Shown here: one piece after another, positions 19,144 through 29,183 of the stretch
Position numbering within the stretch: position 1 is the stretch's first letter
Layout of the letters: each line of letters opens with the position of its first letter
Assembly (NCBI GenBank): GCA_963846575.1
Contig: CAWJWJ010000002.1
Location: 2,432,001-2,496,000 of the forward strand
Direction of reading: 5' to 3'
Source of the DNA: an uncultured Nitrospiraceae bacterium
GTDB taxonomy: Bacteria > Nitrospirota > Nitrospiria > Nitrospirales > Nitrospiraceae
Length of the DNA: 64,000 nt
Notes under the pieces: model-generated
The model's database searches: none
Told to the model about the DNA's origin: nothing
The model's input: the letters and a program-made list of their open reading frames with translations, nothing else
Translations under genes and position numbers: made by a program

Positions 19144-20658
19144 TCAGAGCCGAGATTTACGGCCACCCCAAAAAAAATTCTGAATGCGTTCGATGAGGGG
19201 GCGCGTGTGGGTCACTGTCGAGAGCCCCGCCGCGTCTTTACATAATTGAGTCTTAGCTGCTGCCGTCGCTGCCTGGCGTTTGGCCACGACTTCGCCGATC
19301 CGCTCCAGTAACCGTCGATCGTCCTGCACTACTCGCATCAAAGCATTTTTACTCACGGCAATGACCAACAATTCGGTTACCGCCAACACCGTGGCCGACC
19401 TCGGTTCACCTGTCAGCAAGGACATCTCGCCAAAAAAATGCCCGGCCTTCAGCGTCGTCACGATAGAAGAGAGCCCTCCCTGCTGTAATCGCACGTCAGC
19501 GGTTCCTGAAGCGATGACATAAAGCGCCTCGCCAGACTCACCTTGACGCACGACCTGCTCGCCGGGCAAGTAAGACTCCCATCGCGCTTCCTGGGCAAGC
19601 AGCTCGATTTGCTTCGTGTCCAGCATCGCAAGAAAATCGACCGCCGCCAACTGAGCGACGATCTCCTCGACAGTCCGCGTCTTCGGTGCACCCTCCGCAT
19701 CCACGTCCTTACGAACCACCCGCTGCGGGAACGGAATTTCGATGGCCTTTCTGGCAAAGGCGTGCCAGATGTACGTTCGCATCGTGCTCTCGATCACGTC
19801 GCGTTGGGCAAAATCTCCGATAGGAAACTTGATCCGATACTGAATGCCCGATTCATTGAATGCCGTCACCAGGGCAGTGGGCTTGGGCTCCGGCAGTACC
19901 CCTGATACAGCGGAGGCTGCAGCGAGCAGCGTCGCGCAGACCTGCTCCGGGGGCGTGCGATAGGCCGCCTCAACAAACACATTGCAAAAATGAGTCGTCG
20001 TCGGCCGGCTGAAATTTGTCACACCGCTCTGAATCACCAAATCATTCGCCAACGACACGCAATCATGGGTGCGAGTGTGGAGTGTGACATGTTCCATTCC
20101 GATGTGTGCCACCATGCCTTCTCGATCGAGCACGGTGATCCAGTCGCCCACCTTGACGATCTTTCCCAATTCGATGCCGGCAAAAAATCGCGTCAGCGTA
20201 TCCTTCAACGCGACGCCCACCATCGCTGCCGCCACAGTGGGCAACGCGACCAGCGCCACCAGATTTACCCCGGTGACCAGCCACAGAATCAGCACCCCCG
20301 CCGCCACGACCTCCGCGCCGATCAGAAGATGCCGGACAACGTCGGGGATATAGCGGTTCCCTCGTCCGATTAACCATTCGCCGATCACCAGAACATCGAG
20401 AATCGTGAAAAGGAAAAAAGACGCGCCGAGCCATGCCACAACATCCAGTCCAGACTGAATCAGGGTTGGAGCCTGACTCGCTAGACCGCTACGCGCGGCC
20501 AGTGCCGCGAGGACAAGGAACAGGCTTGCGCCGCCAGCGTAGAATGGCAGGGAGGGTACCGGGCGACCGCGCCGGGAAAAGAGGACGTTCAACCCGATCA
20601 ACATCGCAGCCACGACGACGATCGCGACTGCCATGCCGGCCAGAATCGTGAGATTCAT
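19144..20658 (-). CDS. MscS-family channel fused to a cyclic-nucleotide-binding domain (bCNG-like)
   Basis: N-terminal TM helices; GVALKDTLTRFFAGI...VKVGDWI (MscS core); IEIPFPQR; CNBD VVRQGESGEALYVIASG...FFGEMSLLTGEPRSATV. Confidence 0.88.
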   Translation of the reverse strand: MNLTILAGMAVAIVVVAAMLIGLNVLFSRRGRPVPSLPFYAGGASLFLVLAALAARSGLASQAPTLIQSGLDVVAWLGASFFLFTILDVLVIGEWLIGRGNRYIPDVVRHLLIGAEVVAAGVLILWLVTGVNLVALVALPTVAAAMVGVALKDTLTRFFAGIELGKIVKVGDWITVLDREGMVAHIGMEHVTLHTRTHDCVSLANDLVIQSGVTNFSRPTTTHFCNVFVEAAYRTPPEQVCATLLAAASAVSGVLPEPKPTALVTAFNESGIQYRIKFPIGDFAQRDVIESTMRTYIWHAFARKAIEIPFPQRVVRKDVDAEGAPKTRTVEEIVAQLAAVDFLAMLDTKQIELLAQEARWESYLPGEQVVRQGESGEALYVIASGTADVRLQQGGLSSIVTTLKAGHFFGEMSLLTGEPRSATVLAVTELLVIAVSKNALMRVVQDDRRLLERIGEVVAKRQAATAAAKTQLCKDAAGLSTVTHTRPLIERIQNFFWGGRKSRL

Positions 20659-20706
20659 ATGCCGATCACCGGACCTGATGGGGAGCACATGCGAACACGT
20701 CTCTGA

Positions 20707-22890
20707 TTAGGGCCGTTCCTGCCATGAGCGAACCCGACGCACGGTAATCACGCCATCAACCTTCTCAATGGCCTTCAGGACCCGCCCCACATGTGCGGTG
20801 TCCAGGACTTCCACGATGAAGTCCAACATCGCCTTTCGATCCTCTCGGGTCGTAATTTCAGCGCGGCTGATGTTGGCTTGGCATTCCGAAATGGCCGTCG
20901 AGACATGCGCCAGCACGCCGGTCTTGTCCACCGCAATGACCGAGATCTTTACGGCATGGGTGCTGGGGGTGGAGTGATCCCATTCCACCTCGACTAGCCT
21001 GTTTTTGTCGTAATCCAACGCTTCCAAATTTGGACAATCAACGGTATGGATTGTGAGCCCGCGACCGCGGGTAATGTAGCCCAAAATACGATCACCCGGC
21101 ACGGGGTTGCAGCAGCGCGACAACTGCATCAAGAGATCCCGTGCACCCTTCACCTGTACCCCCGTGTCGTCCGTTCGGCCGGGTGGTGTTTTTGGTATCG
21201 CGGGTATTTCAGGAACCACGGCAGGGCTTGGCGCCGGCACCGCGGGAACAAGCTTGCTCATCACCTGAGAGGTCGGGAGGTTCCCAAAGCCGACGGCCGC
21301 CGCCAGCTCGTCGGTCGTTTCATGCCCAGCCTGCTTGGCCACCGCGAGGAGTTGATCCGAGCGCAACATTTGAGCCGGCGCCAGGCCATGCCGGCGAAAC
21401 TCGGCTTCCAGCAGACGTTTGCCAATCTCGATGCTGCGGGCCTGCTCCTCAGCCTTGATCCAGTGCTTGATCTTGGTTTTCGCGCGGGACGTCCGCACGA
21501 ACTTCAACCAATCGCGGTGAGGTGTCTGGTTGGCCGCAGTCAGAATCTCCACCATATCCCCGCTCTCCATATTATGTTTCAGCGGGACAATCTTACCGTT
21601 GACCTTGGCCCCCACACAGTGGTCCCCGATCTCCGTATGAACGGAATACGCGAAATCCACCGGTGTGGAGCCTTTGGGGAGTTCCTTCACCATCCCTTGC
21701 GGGGTAAAGACATATACGACGTCATGGAAGAGGTCCAGCTTGACCGAATCCATGAACTGGCGATTGTCCGGCAGATCCTGATTCCACTCCATAAACTGCC
21801 GCAGCCAACTGAAGACTTTTCCATCTTTTTCATCGATGCGGCCATGTTCCTTGTATTTCCAATGCGCAGCAATGCCCTGCTCCGATACCCGGTGCATCTC
21901 CTCCGTCCGGATCTGAAACTCCACATGCTCCCCTTTGGGACCCACGACAGTGGTATGCAGCGACTGATACAGGTTGGACTTGGGAATCGCGATGTAATCC
22001 TTAAACCGGCCGGGCAAAGGTCGCCATACCGAATGGATGACGCCCAGGAGGGCGTAACAGTTCATCTTGATGTCGGTAATGATGCGGAGCGCGGCAAGAT
22101 CGTACACCTCTTCGAAGGAAATCGACTGCTTTTCCATTTTTTGATAAATGCCATACAGGTGTTTTGGCCGGCCGGATACTTCACCCTGCAATCCCGCCTC
22201 TGCCATAGCCGCCTTCACCACGTCGATGACTTCCAGAATATATTGCTGCCGGTCATCATCCCGCTTCGCCACGCGAACCCGTAACGATTCATAGACGTCC
22301 GGCTTGAGATGCTTCAGACAAAGGTCTTCAAGTTCGTTTTTGATCCAGCCAATCCCCAGCCGGTTGGCAAGGGGAGCATAGATTTCCAGAGTTTCCTGGG
22401 CAATCTCCTGCCGTTTCTGCTCACTGAGGTATTCCAGGGTCCGCATGTTGTGCAGTCGGTCGGCGAGCTTGATCAATACCACACGAATGTCATCCGCCAT
22501 GGACAGCAGCATCTTGCGGAAATTCTCTGCCTGCTTTTCCTCATAATTCCGAAACGTAATCTTGCCGATCTTGGTCACACCATCAACTAAATGTACGACA
22601 TCCTTCCCGAATCGCTGCTCCAGTTCCATGGGCGTCGCCAGGGTATCTTCGAGCGTGTCGTGGAGTAGTCCGGCGACAATGGCCGTTACATCGGTCTTGA
22701 GATGCGTCAATAACCCGGCAACGGCAAGCGGATGCCGGAGGTAGGGTTCACCCGACCGTCGCGTCTGTCCTTCGTGGGCTTTAGCGGAAAAATCATATGC
22801 TCGACGCAGGAGATCCAGGTCGGCCTCGACGTTATAGCTTCTCACCCGCTCGATTAGCTCATCGAGCTCTGTTACCGTCTCGTGCGGCAT
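20707..22890 (-). CDS. relA: Bifunctional (p)ppGpp synthetase/hydrolase (long RSH, Rel/SpoT)
   Basis: HEGQTRRSGEPY, intact LLHDTLED hydrolase motif, RFKDYIAIPKSNLYQSLHT, TGS (VYVFTPQG), CCNPVPGD, ACT domain. Confidence 0.96.
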   Translation of the reverse strand: MPHETVTELDELIERVRSYNVEADLDLLRRAYDFSAKAHEGQTRRSGEPYLRHPLAVAGLLTHLKTDVTAIVAGLLHDTLEDTLATPMELEQRFGKDVVHLVDGVTKIGKITFRNYEEKQAENFRKMLLSMADDIRVVLIKLADRLHNMRTLEYLSEQKRQEIAQETLEIYAPLANRLGIGWIKNELEDLCLKHLKPDVYESLRVRVAKRDDDRQQYILEVIDVVKAAMAEAGLQGEVSGRPKHLYGIYQKMEKQSISFEEVYDLAALRIITDIKMNCYALLGVIHSVWRPLPGRFKDYIAIPKSNLYQSLHTTVVGPKGEHVEFQIRTEEMHRVSEQGIAAHWKYKEHGRIDEKDGKVFSWLRQFMEWNQDLPDNRQFMDSVKLDLFHDVVYVFTPQGMVKELPKGSTPVDFAYSVHTEIGDHCVGAKVNGKIVPLKHNMESGDMVEILTAANQTPHRDWLKFVRTSRAKTKIKHWIKAEEQARSIEIGKRLLEAEFRRHGLAPAQMLRSDQLLAVAKQAGHETTDELAAAVGFGNLPTSQVMSKLVPAVPAPSPAVVPEIPAIPKTPPGRTDDTGVQVKGARDLLMQLSRCCNPVPGDRILGYITRGRGLTIHTVDCPNLEALDYDKNRLVEVEWDHSTPSTHAVKISVIAVDKTGVLAHVSTAISECQANISRAEITTREDRKAMLDFIVEVLDTAHVGRVLKAIEKVDGVITVRRVRSWQERP

Positions 22891-22892
22891 GC

Positions 22893-24599
22893 TTATGATA
22901 CCTCACCACTCATACGCAGAGCCTTGATGCGCAGCTGCAAACGGTCTTGACCATTCCAATGATTGCGTTCCGGACTGAAGGCTAAATCAAGCGGGCGACC
23001 AGCCCTGAGCCCCAGATCTTCCAAGGATCCCATGCGAAACCCGATACTATCGAAAATATACGACCGGCCTTGCCGCACACGAAGCTTGAGATGATTCTCA
23101 CCGACTACTCGAGCGTCGATCACATCCAGGCCCCGGATGGCCAGGGTTGGTTCTGGGTTGCCGGCTCCGAAGGGATGCAGGGATTCAAATTCCTGGATCA
23201 ATCCAAGATTGACGTCCGTGAGCCGCACCTCAGCATCCACGTGTAACGTCGGGACAGCGCGAGAGGCAGTGGTCCATTGGGCGACCACCTCGCAAAATCT
23301 GCGCCGAAACTGCTCGAGATTTGATTCCTTGATGGTCAAACCCGCAGCGCTTGGATGGCCTCCGAATGCCTCCAGAAGATCCCGGCAGGCAGACAAACCC
23401 TGGTACAGATCGAATCCGTCTACTGTTCGAGCCGACCCCTTCCCCATCCCCTCACCGTCCACGGCGATGACGATGCTCGGACGATGGAACCGATCCACCA
23501 ACCGGGCAGCAACAATCCCGACGACCCCCAGATGCCAGTTGCGGGAACCCAGTACAATTGCGGTCGTGAGGCTGTCTGCAGTCAGGAATCCAGTCGCCTC
23601 ACTGGTAATCTCGGCTTCGATTTGCTGGCGCTGCCGATTGAACTGCTCTAATTGTTCAGCTATCTGCATGGCCTCCTGGTCAGATTCAGTCGTCAAGAGC
23701 CGCACACAGGACATCGCATGGTCTAGGCGCCCCGCCGCATTCAAACGTGGGCCAAGGCGAAAACCGATGGTTTCACTCGTACAGGGCTTCGTGATGCCGG
23801 CCACATGCTTCAGTGCGCGAACACCGCAGCGGTCTCCCCGGGTCAGCTGCATAAGTCCTTCGCGAACAAGAAGGCGGTTTTCATCCTGAAGGGGCACGAT
23901 GTCTGCCACCGTCGCCAACGCCACGAGGTCCAAGCAAGATTCCGGGTCCACATCACCGGATCCGTATCGCTGCTGGTAGGCCGATACCACTTTGTAAGCG
24001 AGACCAGCCGAACAGAGTCCCTTGAAAGGATAGATGGCGTCACACCGGTGGGGATTCAACACCGCCAGCGCTGAGGGCATCGTGGCATCGGTCTGGTGGT
24101 GGTCTGTAACCACTACATCCATGCCGAGTTGGGTCGCGACCGCAATTTCATGGTGCGACGTGGTCCCGCAATCGGAGGTCACCAACAGCGTAATGCCTTC
24201 TTGCGCCAGTTGTCGAATCGCCCTCTCATTCAATCCGTAGCCTTCTCGTAGACGGTGCGGAATATAGCCCTGAGCCGTTCCGCCCAAACCACGATAGAAC
24301 GACAAATAGAGACTGGTGGCTGAGATTCCATCGACATCGTAGTCTCCATAGAAACAGACACGCTCCTGCCGAGACAGGGCCTGGTGCAGGCGCTCGACCG
24401 CTCGCTCCATATCGGGAATCAGGAAAGGATCGTGGAGATGGTCCCGAGTCGTAGACAACCATCGGCTCGCCTCGACGGCAGTCGTCACACCCCTGGCCAC
24501 CAGGACCGATGCTGTGACGGATGAGATCGACAGGAGGCGCGACAAATTATTCTGTAGCGAGACATCCGACGGTCGGAACACCCACAGTCTTTCCTGCAT
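22893..24599 (-). CDS. recJ: ssDNA-specific exonuclease RecJ
   Basis: YGDYDVDG, PHRLREGYG, DCGT, TDHH, PRLNAAGRL, GSAR, FGGHPSAAG, PFGAGNPEP. Confidence 0.96.
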   Translation of the reverse strand: MQERLWVFRPSDVSLQNNLSRLLSISSVTASVLVARGVTTAVEASRWLSTTRDHLHDPFLIPDMERAVERLHQALSRQERVCFYGDYDVDGISATSLYLSFYRGLGGTAQGYIPHRLREGYGLNERAIRQLAQEGITLLVTSDCGTTSHHEIAVATQLGMDVVVTDHHQTDATMPSALAVLNPHRCDAIYPFKGLCSAGLAYKVVSAYQQRYGSGDVDPESCLDLVALATVADIVPLQDENRLLVREGLMQLTRGDRCGVRALKHVAGITKPCTSETIGFRLGPRLNAAGRLDHAMSCVRLLTTESDQEAMQIAEQLEQFNRQRQQIEAEITSEATGFLTADSLTTAIVLGSRNWHLGVVGIVAARLVDRFHRPSIVIAVDGEGMGKGSARTVDGFDLYQGLSACRDLLEAFGGHPSAAGLTIKESNLEQFRRRFCEVVAQWTTASRAVPTLHVDAEVRLTDVNLGLIQEFESLHPFGAGNPEPTLAIRGLDVIDARVVGENHLKLRVRQGRSYIFDSIGFRMGSLEDLGLRAGRPLDLAFSPERNHWNGQDRLQLRIKALRMSGEVS

Positions 24600-24651
24600 G
24601 AAGCCTCTATTTCTATCTGAAATATTCGGAAGTTACTGAGAAGTAAGGGGA

Positions 24652-24680
24652 ATGGTATCGACTCACCCCACCTTTGTCAA
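24652..24680 (-). promoter_or_regulatory. Putative sigma70 promoter of recJ-rel-bCNG
   Basis: Minus strand TTGACA, 17 bp, TACCAT. Confidence 0.55.
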
Positions 24681-24787
24681 ACGAGACCCCGTCTCGATTG
24701 AAGCGAGCATACGACAGGAATCCTATTCCGGTGGTGGACTGGATGAAACTTAAGACAAAAGGAAGGAGTTGTCCGCTAGCGCCCAAT

Positions 24788-24820
24788 AAAAAAAGGAGGA
24801 GACTATTCCCCTCCTTTTTG
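24788..24820 (-). terminator. Terminator hairpin overlapping the last pup codons
   Basis: Minus strand AAAAAGGAGGGGAATAGTCTCCTCCTTTTTTT: the stem uses the K-G-G-E codons and is followed by a U-tract. Confidence 0.65.
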
Positions 24821-25000
24821 TACGTAGTTTTTGACGAACTCTTCGGCATTTTTTTCGAGCACGTCGTCGATTTCATCAACCAGTTTGTCGATGTCCTCTT
24901 TCATCTTTTTCCCGGACTCGACAACCTTGGGATTCGGCTTGACCTCTTCCTTGCTCTGGGATTCTTTCCTGGATTCCGGTCTCCTCTCCTGTTTCTCCAT
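24803..25000 (-). CDS. pup: Prokaryotic ubiquitin-like protein Pup (GGE-ending)
   Basis: 65 aa, charged disordered N-terminus; C-terminus IDKLVDEIDDVLEKNAEEFVKNYVQKGGE matches the Pup consensus; GGAGG RBS. Confidence 0.93.
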   Translation of the reverse strand: MEKQERRPESRKESQSKEEVKPNPKVVESGKKMKEDIDKLVDEIDDVLEKNAEEFVKNYVQKGGE

Positions 25001-25111
25001 CGGAGCACCTCCAGTCAGTCAGATACTGTCCAGGTCAACGATATAGTGTCACCTTACTCCAGGGCCGTCGAACCCGTCAAGCCGAACGCCATCAAAATGA
25101 AACGGGACCGG

Positions 25112-27176
25112 CTATTTCACAATCAGAGACACAATAAGAAGCGCCACGATGTTGATGACCTTGATCATCGGATTGATCGCCGGACCGGCCGTGTCCTTGT
25201 AAGGATCACCGACCGTATCACCCGTGACGGCCGCCTTGTGTGTATCGGTTCCCTTTAACCCCTGCTCTTCAATGTACTTTTTGGCATTATCCCACGCACC
25301 GCCGCCACTCGTCATGGAAATCGCGACGAACAAGCCCGTCACGATACTGCCGACTAGCACCCCGCCGAGTGCCTGCGGGCCAAGAACCACACCAACCAGA
25401 ATCGGAGCGAGCACGGGGATCAGCCCGGGAATCATCATTTTCTTGAATGGCCGCCTGGGTCACAATGTCCACGCAGGTTCCGTACTCAGGCTTTCCAGTC
25501 CCTTCCATGATGCCCTTGATGGTACGAAACTGCCGCCGCACTTCCTCGACCACCAGGCCGGCCGCCTGCCCGACCGCCTTCATGCAGAGCGCACCAAAGA
25601 TAAAGGGCAACATGCCACCAAGGAACAGCCCAACCAGTACCGATGGATTGGAGAGATCAAACGCGCTCGAGGTGCCTGGAGAACTCCCTTTTGCCACTTC
25701 GCGGGCAAATTCGGCAAATAAAACCACTGCCGCGAGTGCAGCCGACCCGATCGCGTACCCTTTGGTGACGGCCTTCGTCGTATTCCCGACCGCATCGAGC
25801 GGATCCGTGATGTCACGCACTTCCTTACCCAAGTGCGCCATTTCGGCGATTCCCCCGGCATTGTCAGTAATCGGGCCGAAGGCATCGATGGCTACCACGA
25901 TCCCTGCCATGGAGAGCATCGACACTGCTGCCACCGCCACCCCGTAAAGCCCGCCCGACTCCGCTCCGCCACAGATCCAGTAGCTGCCGAGAATCGCCGC
26001 GCCGATGACGAGCACCGGAGCGGACGTCGACTGCATGCCCACCGCCAGACCGGCAATAATGTTGGTCGCATGACCCGTTTCACTGGCCTTGGCAATATCC
26101 TTGACCGGCGCATATTCTTTGGACGTGTAGTAGTCGGTAATGAATACCAATGCGAGCGTCACTCCCAGCCCCATCAATGCCGCCAGGTAATAGCTAATTC
26201 CACTGACGCCACCGACATTGTCCATGATTTTCGTCGTAATCGGGAAGAAGGCCAGGGCTGCCAGGCCACCAGCCACAAACAGTCCCTTGTACAAGGCCGG
26301 CATGATTTCCCCGCCAGGGCTGACCTTCACAAATAGAATGCCGATAATCGTCGCGAAGATCGTTACCCCACCCAGCGCGAGCGGATACAGGATCGGCGCG
26401 CTCACACCCTTGAAGAGGGTGAATGCCAGCACCATCGCTGCTACTGTGGTGACTGCATAGGTCTCGAAGAGGTCCGCCGCCATACCCGCGCAATCGCCCA
26501 CATTATCACCCACATTGTCTGCGATGACTGCGGGATTTCGAGGATCGTCTTCCGGTATCCCAGCTTCGACCTTGCCGACCAAGTCCGCGCCCACGTCTGC
26601 GGCCTTCGTGTAGATGCCGCCGCCTACACGCGCAAACACCGAAATCAAGCTGCCGCCGAAGCCGAGGCTGAGCAAGGCATGGATCGCTTTTTCCTGTCCC
26701 GCGAATTGAGCGGCCAGGGTGTAGAAGCCTGTAATGGCCAGTAGTCCCAACCCGATCAATAGTAAGCCGGTCACCGCACCGCCCCGGAAGGCGACGGTCA
26801 AGGCCGCGTTCAGGCCGTTGTGCGCGGCTTGCGCCGTTCGCACGTTCGCCCGAACCGCGATGATCATACCCACATAACCTGCAAGGGCTGAAGCACCGGC
26901 TCCGATCAAGAAACCAAGGGCGGTCAGCATCCCGAACTTATCTGAAAACGCGCCTGCCCCCCACAACAGGACGAACAATATCACTGCCACCACGCCGACA
27001 GTCCGATACTGCCGGTTCATATAGGCGCTGGCCCCTTCTTGAATGGCCTTGGCAATCTCCTGCATCTTCGCGTTACCTGCATCCAACTTGAAGACCCACA
27101 TGGCGAGATAGAGACCATAGGCAATACCGGCTACGGCTGCAATCAGAGCAAAGGTCACAATCGCTGAGTCGCTCAC
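25112..27176 (-). CDS. hppA: Membrane H+-translocating pyrophosphatase, K+-independent type; one +1 frameshift near 25438-25441
   Basis: [34 protein letters not shown] (Lys marks the K+-independent type); GGAWDNAKK and [14 protein letters not shown] lie in the second frame. Removing one A from GAAAATG restores AIQEMMIPG and a 687 aa protein. Confidence 0.93.
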
Positions 27177-27279
27177 AGTGTTCTCCTCCTGTTAACAGAA
27201 TGGTGAAACTGAGAATCCAGCTGAACCATCTCGTGAAATACCCCGCCTCCCGAACGCTAACTAGCTGAAAATTCGCGTC

Positions 27280-27308
27280 ATTCTATAGATGTGCTACGGA
27301 CGGATCAA
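27280..27308 (-). promoter_or_regulatory. Putative sigma70 promoter of hppA
   Basis: Minus strand TTGATC, 17 bp, TAGAAT. Confidence 0.45.
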
Positions 27309-27546
27309 GGTGAAAGTGCGTAGTCGACCACCCTCGCATCATCTTGATCCACTTACCGCGACACATCCGTGTGTGGACAATGTCCTGATCCATACGAGGG
27401 CGTCGACTGATCAGCAGGATACATTCACCTGCTTATGGTATTCGTGGATTCTAAACGAAGCCCGGTCCGTTCCCCAAAGGGGGCATTCCGAAGTTTGCGG
27501 AGCGGAGGGGACTTTGTTATAGTGCGCCCGGACTGAGGAGGAATCG

Positions 27547-27801
27547 ATGGGACTTGCGCCGGACTATATCCTGGTGGATCAGCAAAAATTCAGCAAGGTC
27601 AGGTTGTCGCTCGACAATCACGTGTACAAGAATTGCGAGATGGACGACTGTGACATTTATTACAGCGGCGGACAATATGAGTTGATCGATACCCATATCA
27701 CGAACTCGCGGCTTATCCTCAACCACCCTGCCAAGAGCATCTACAGTGCAATTCAAATTTTCAAGATGAAATCCCCTGGATCCCGCGTCGTCTCCGAGTA
27801 A
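27547..27801 (+). CDS. Hypothetical protein (84 aa)
   Basis: GAGGAG RBS before ATG; fills the gap between hppA and the cytochrome genes; no family recognised. Confidence 0.7.
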   Translation: MGLAPDYILVDQQKFSKVRLSLDNHVYKNCEMDDCDIYYSGGQYELIDTHITNSRLILNHPAKSIYSAIQIFKMKSPGSRVVSE

Positions 27802-27879
27802 AACCCTTCGCATCACGCAACGTGAGGGTGCCTCCTCCGGTCAGGCACCGCGTCCGTGCATGACGCGTCACACAGGGCG

Positions 27880-29136
27880 TCACTTCGAGATGGGAATATT
27901 TTCGGTGAACTTGACGATAGGGATGGATTGAAACACGGCGTCTTGCGCACCTTTGGGAGACTCGGCCTCGATCCGCTGCATGAATGCGGCCGGACCTGTC
28001 ACGGGAGCGTAACTCAGGGTAGCCTCGACGTCGAAGGTCCTTGTATCTTTTGGCGTGGGAAACGAAAAGGTTTCAATCCGCTTTTCCTCCGGCTTGAGGA
28101 TTGTTTCGTCAAGAACCTTGACAGCCTCAAAATCGAACACGGTTTTTTGCCCCTTTGCATCCGCGTAAGTCCGTCCATACACGCGCTTATCGCTAAAAAC
28201 CGTCCTGAGATTCTTACCTTTTACTTCCAAGCCTAACACGACACTCGCCCAGCCGGGATGCGTCGTCGGCAGATTGTGAGGCACCAGGCTCTGCACCGCT
28301 ACGGTCACAGTGGTCTTTTCTCCCTCGATCTTCGTCGAGACCTCGAGCTTGGCTGCTTCCTGCCTGAGCTGACCAATCCTCCCCGGAAACGTATGGTTGG
28401 CCACCTTTCGCTTGGCTTCCCCATTGGCAGATTCCCCAACCTGTTCCGGCATATGACATGTCTGGCATTCTTTTCCTGCCTTCACTGATTTACTCTGATC
28501 CCAGTTACCCAAAAGATCGTTGCTCTTTCCCAACTCCGCCGCCGCCGGCACCACCTGGTGACAATTCAGACAGAGATCCGACTTCCGGAAGAGGCCAAGA
28601 TCCATCGATTGATGAGCGAGGTTTTGTGCAAAGTCCTTATATGGCCCGTACATAATCTTACTTCCGAGATCGTACGTGGGTTCCGGTGGCTGCTTCGTCC
28701 GATCTACCTGCTTGATGAGGTGACATTGTACGCAGGCCACACCGTCCAACGACGGGTCGCCGGACTGAGCTTGGGTCACAAACAATTGGACATGATCGGC
28801 AAACTCGCGTACATGCGGAGCATGACACCGAAAGCACATCGCTTTATCTTTGCCGGAGGAGGAATTGAGATAGGCATCGAGCGCGGCCCGGAAGGTCGGC
28901 GTATGAATCGATTTCGAAAGCGGCGAAGTTTCCCATTCTTCAAAGACTCGCTCATGACAACGCTTGCACTTGCTGGAACTGGGAAAGGCTTTCTCGATGG
29001 TTGCCTGAGCTTTGGCATCCTGTGCAAGCGCCTGCTGCACACCGTAGCTTGCCAGGGCCACAGCAAGCAATACTGCACCGATTACAATCCTCTGTCGGAA
29101 CCCTCGTCGATTCTTCACCGTTGGCATATCCTCCAC
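27880..29136 (-). CDS. Periplasmic pentaheme cytochrome c (c554/c552_4-like N-domain)
   Basis: Signal peptide ending ALA-Q; CKRCH, CFRCH, CVQCH, CLNCH, CQTCH; HTFPG; beta-rich C-terminal domain. Confidence 0.9.
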   Translation of the reverse strand: MEDMPTVKNRRGFRQRIVIGAVLLAVALASYGVQQALAQDAKAQATIEKAFPSSSKCKRCHERVFEEWETSPLSKSIHTPTFRAALDAYLNSSSGKDKAMCFRCHAPHVREFADHVQLFVTQAQSGDPSLDGVACVQCHLIKQVDRTKQPPEPTYDLGSKIMYGPYKDFAQNLAHQSMDLGLFRKSDLCLNCHQVVPAAAELGKSNDLLGNWDQSKSVKAGKECQTCHMPEQVGESANGEAKRKVANHTFPGRIGQLRQEAAKLEVSTKIEGEKTTVTVAVQSLVPHNLPTTHPGWASVVLGLEVKGKNLRTVFSDKRVYGRTYADAKGQKTVFDFEAVKVLDETILKPEEKRIETFSFPTPKDTRTFDVEATLSYAPVTGPAAFMQRIEAESPKGAQDAVFQSIPIVKFTENIPISK

Positions 29137-29183
29137 ACATCGTGCGTCCCTCGGTACCGTGCGCTCACCATCAACACGGCGCC

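Noticed and set aside
24613..25258. 88 aa and 194 aa ORFs overlapping pup
   Set aside because: Alternative and antisense frames of the clearly recognisable pup and the hppA 3' end.
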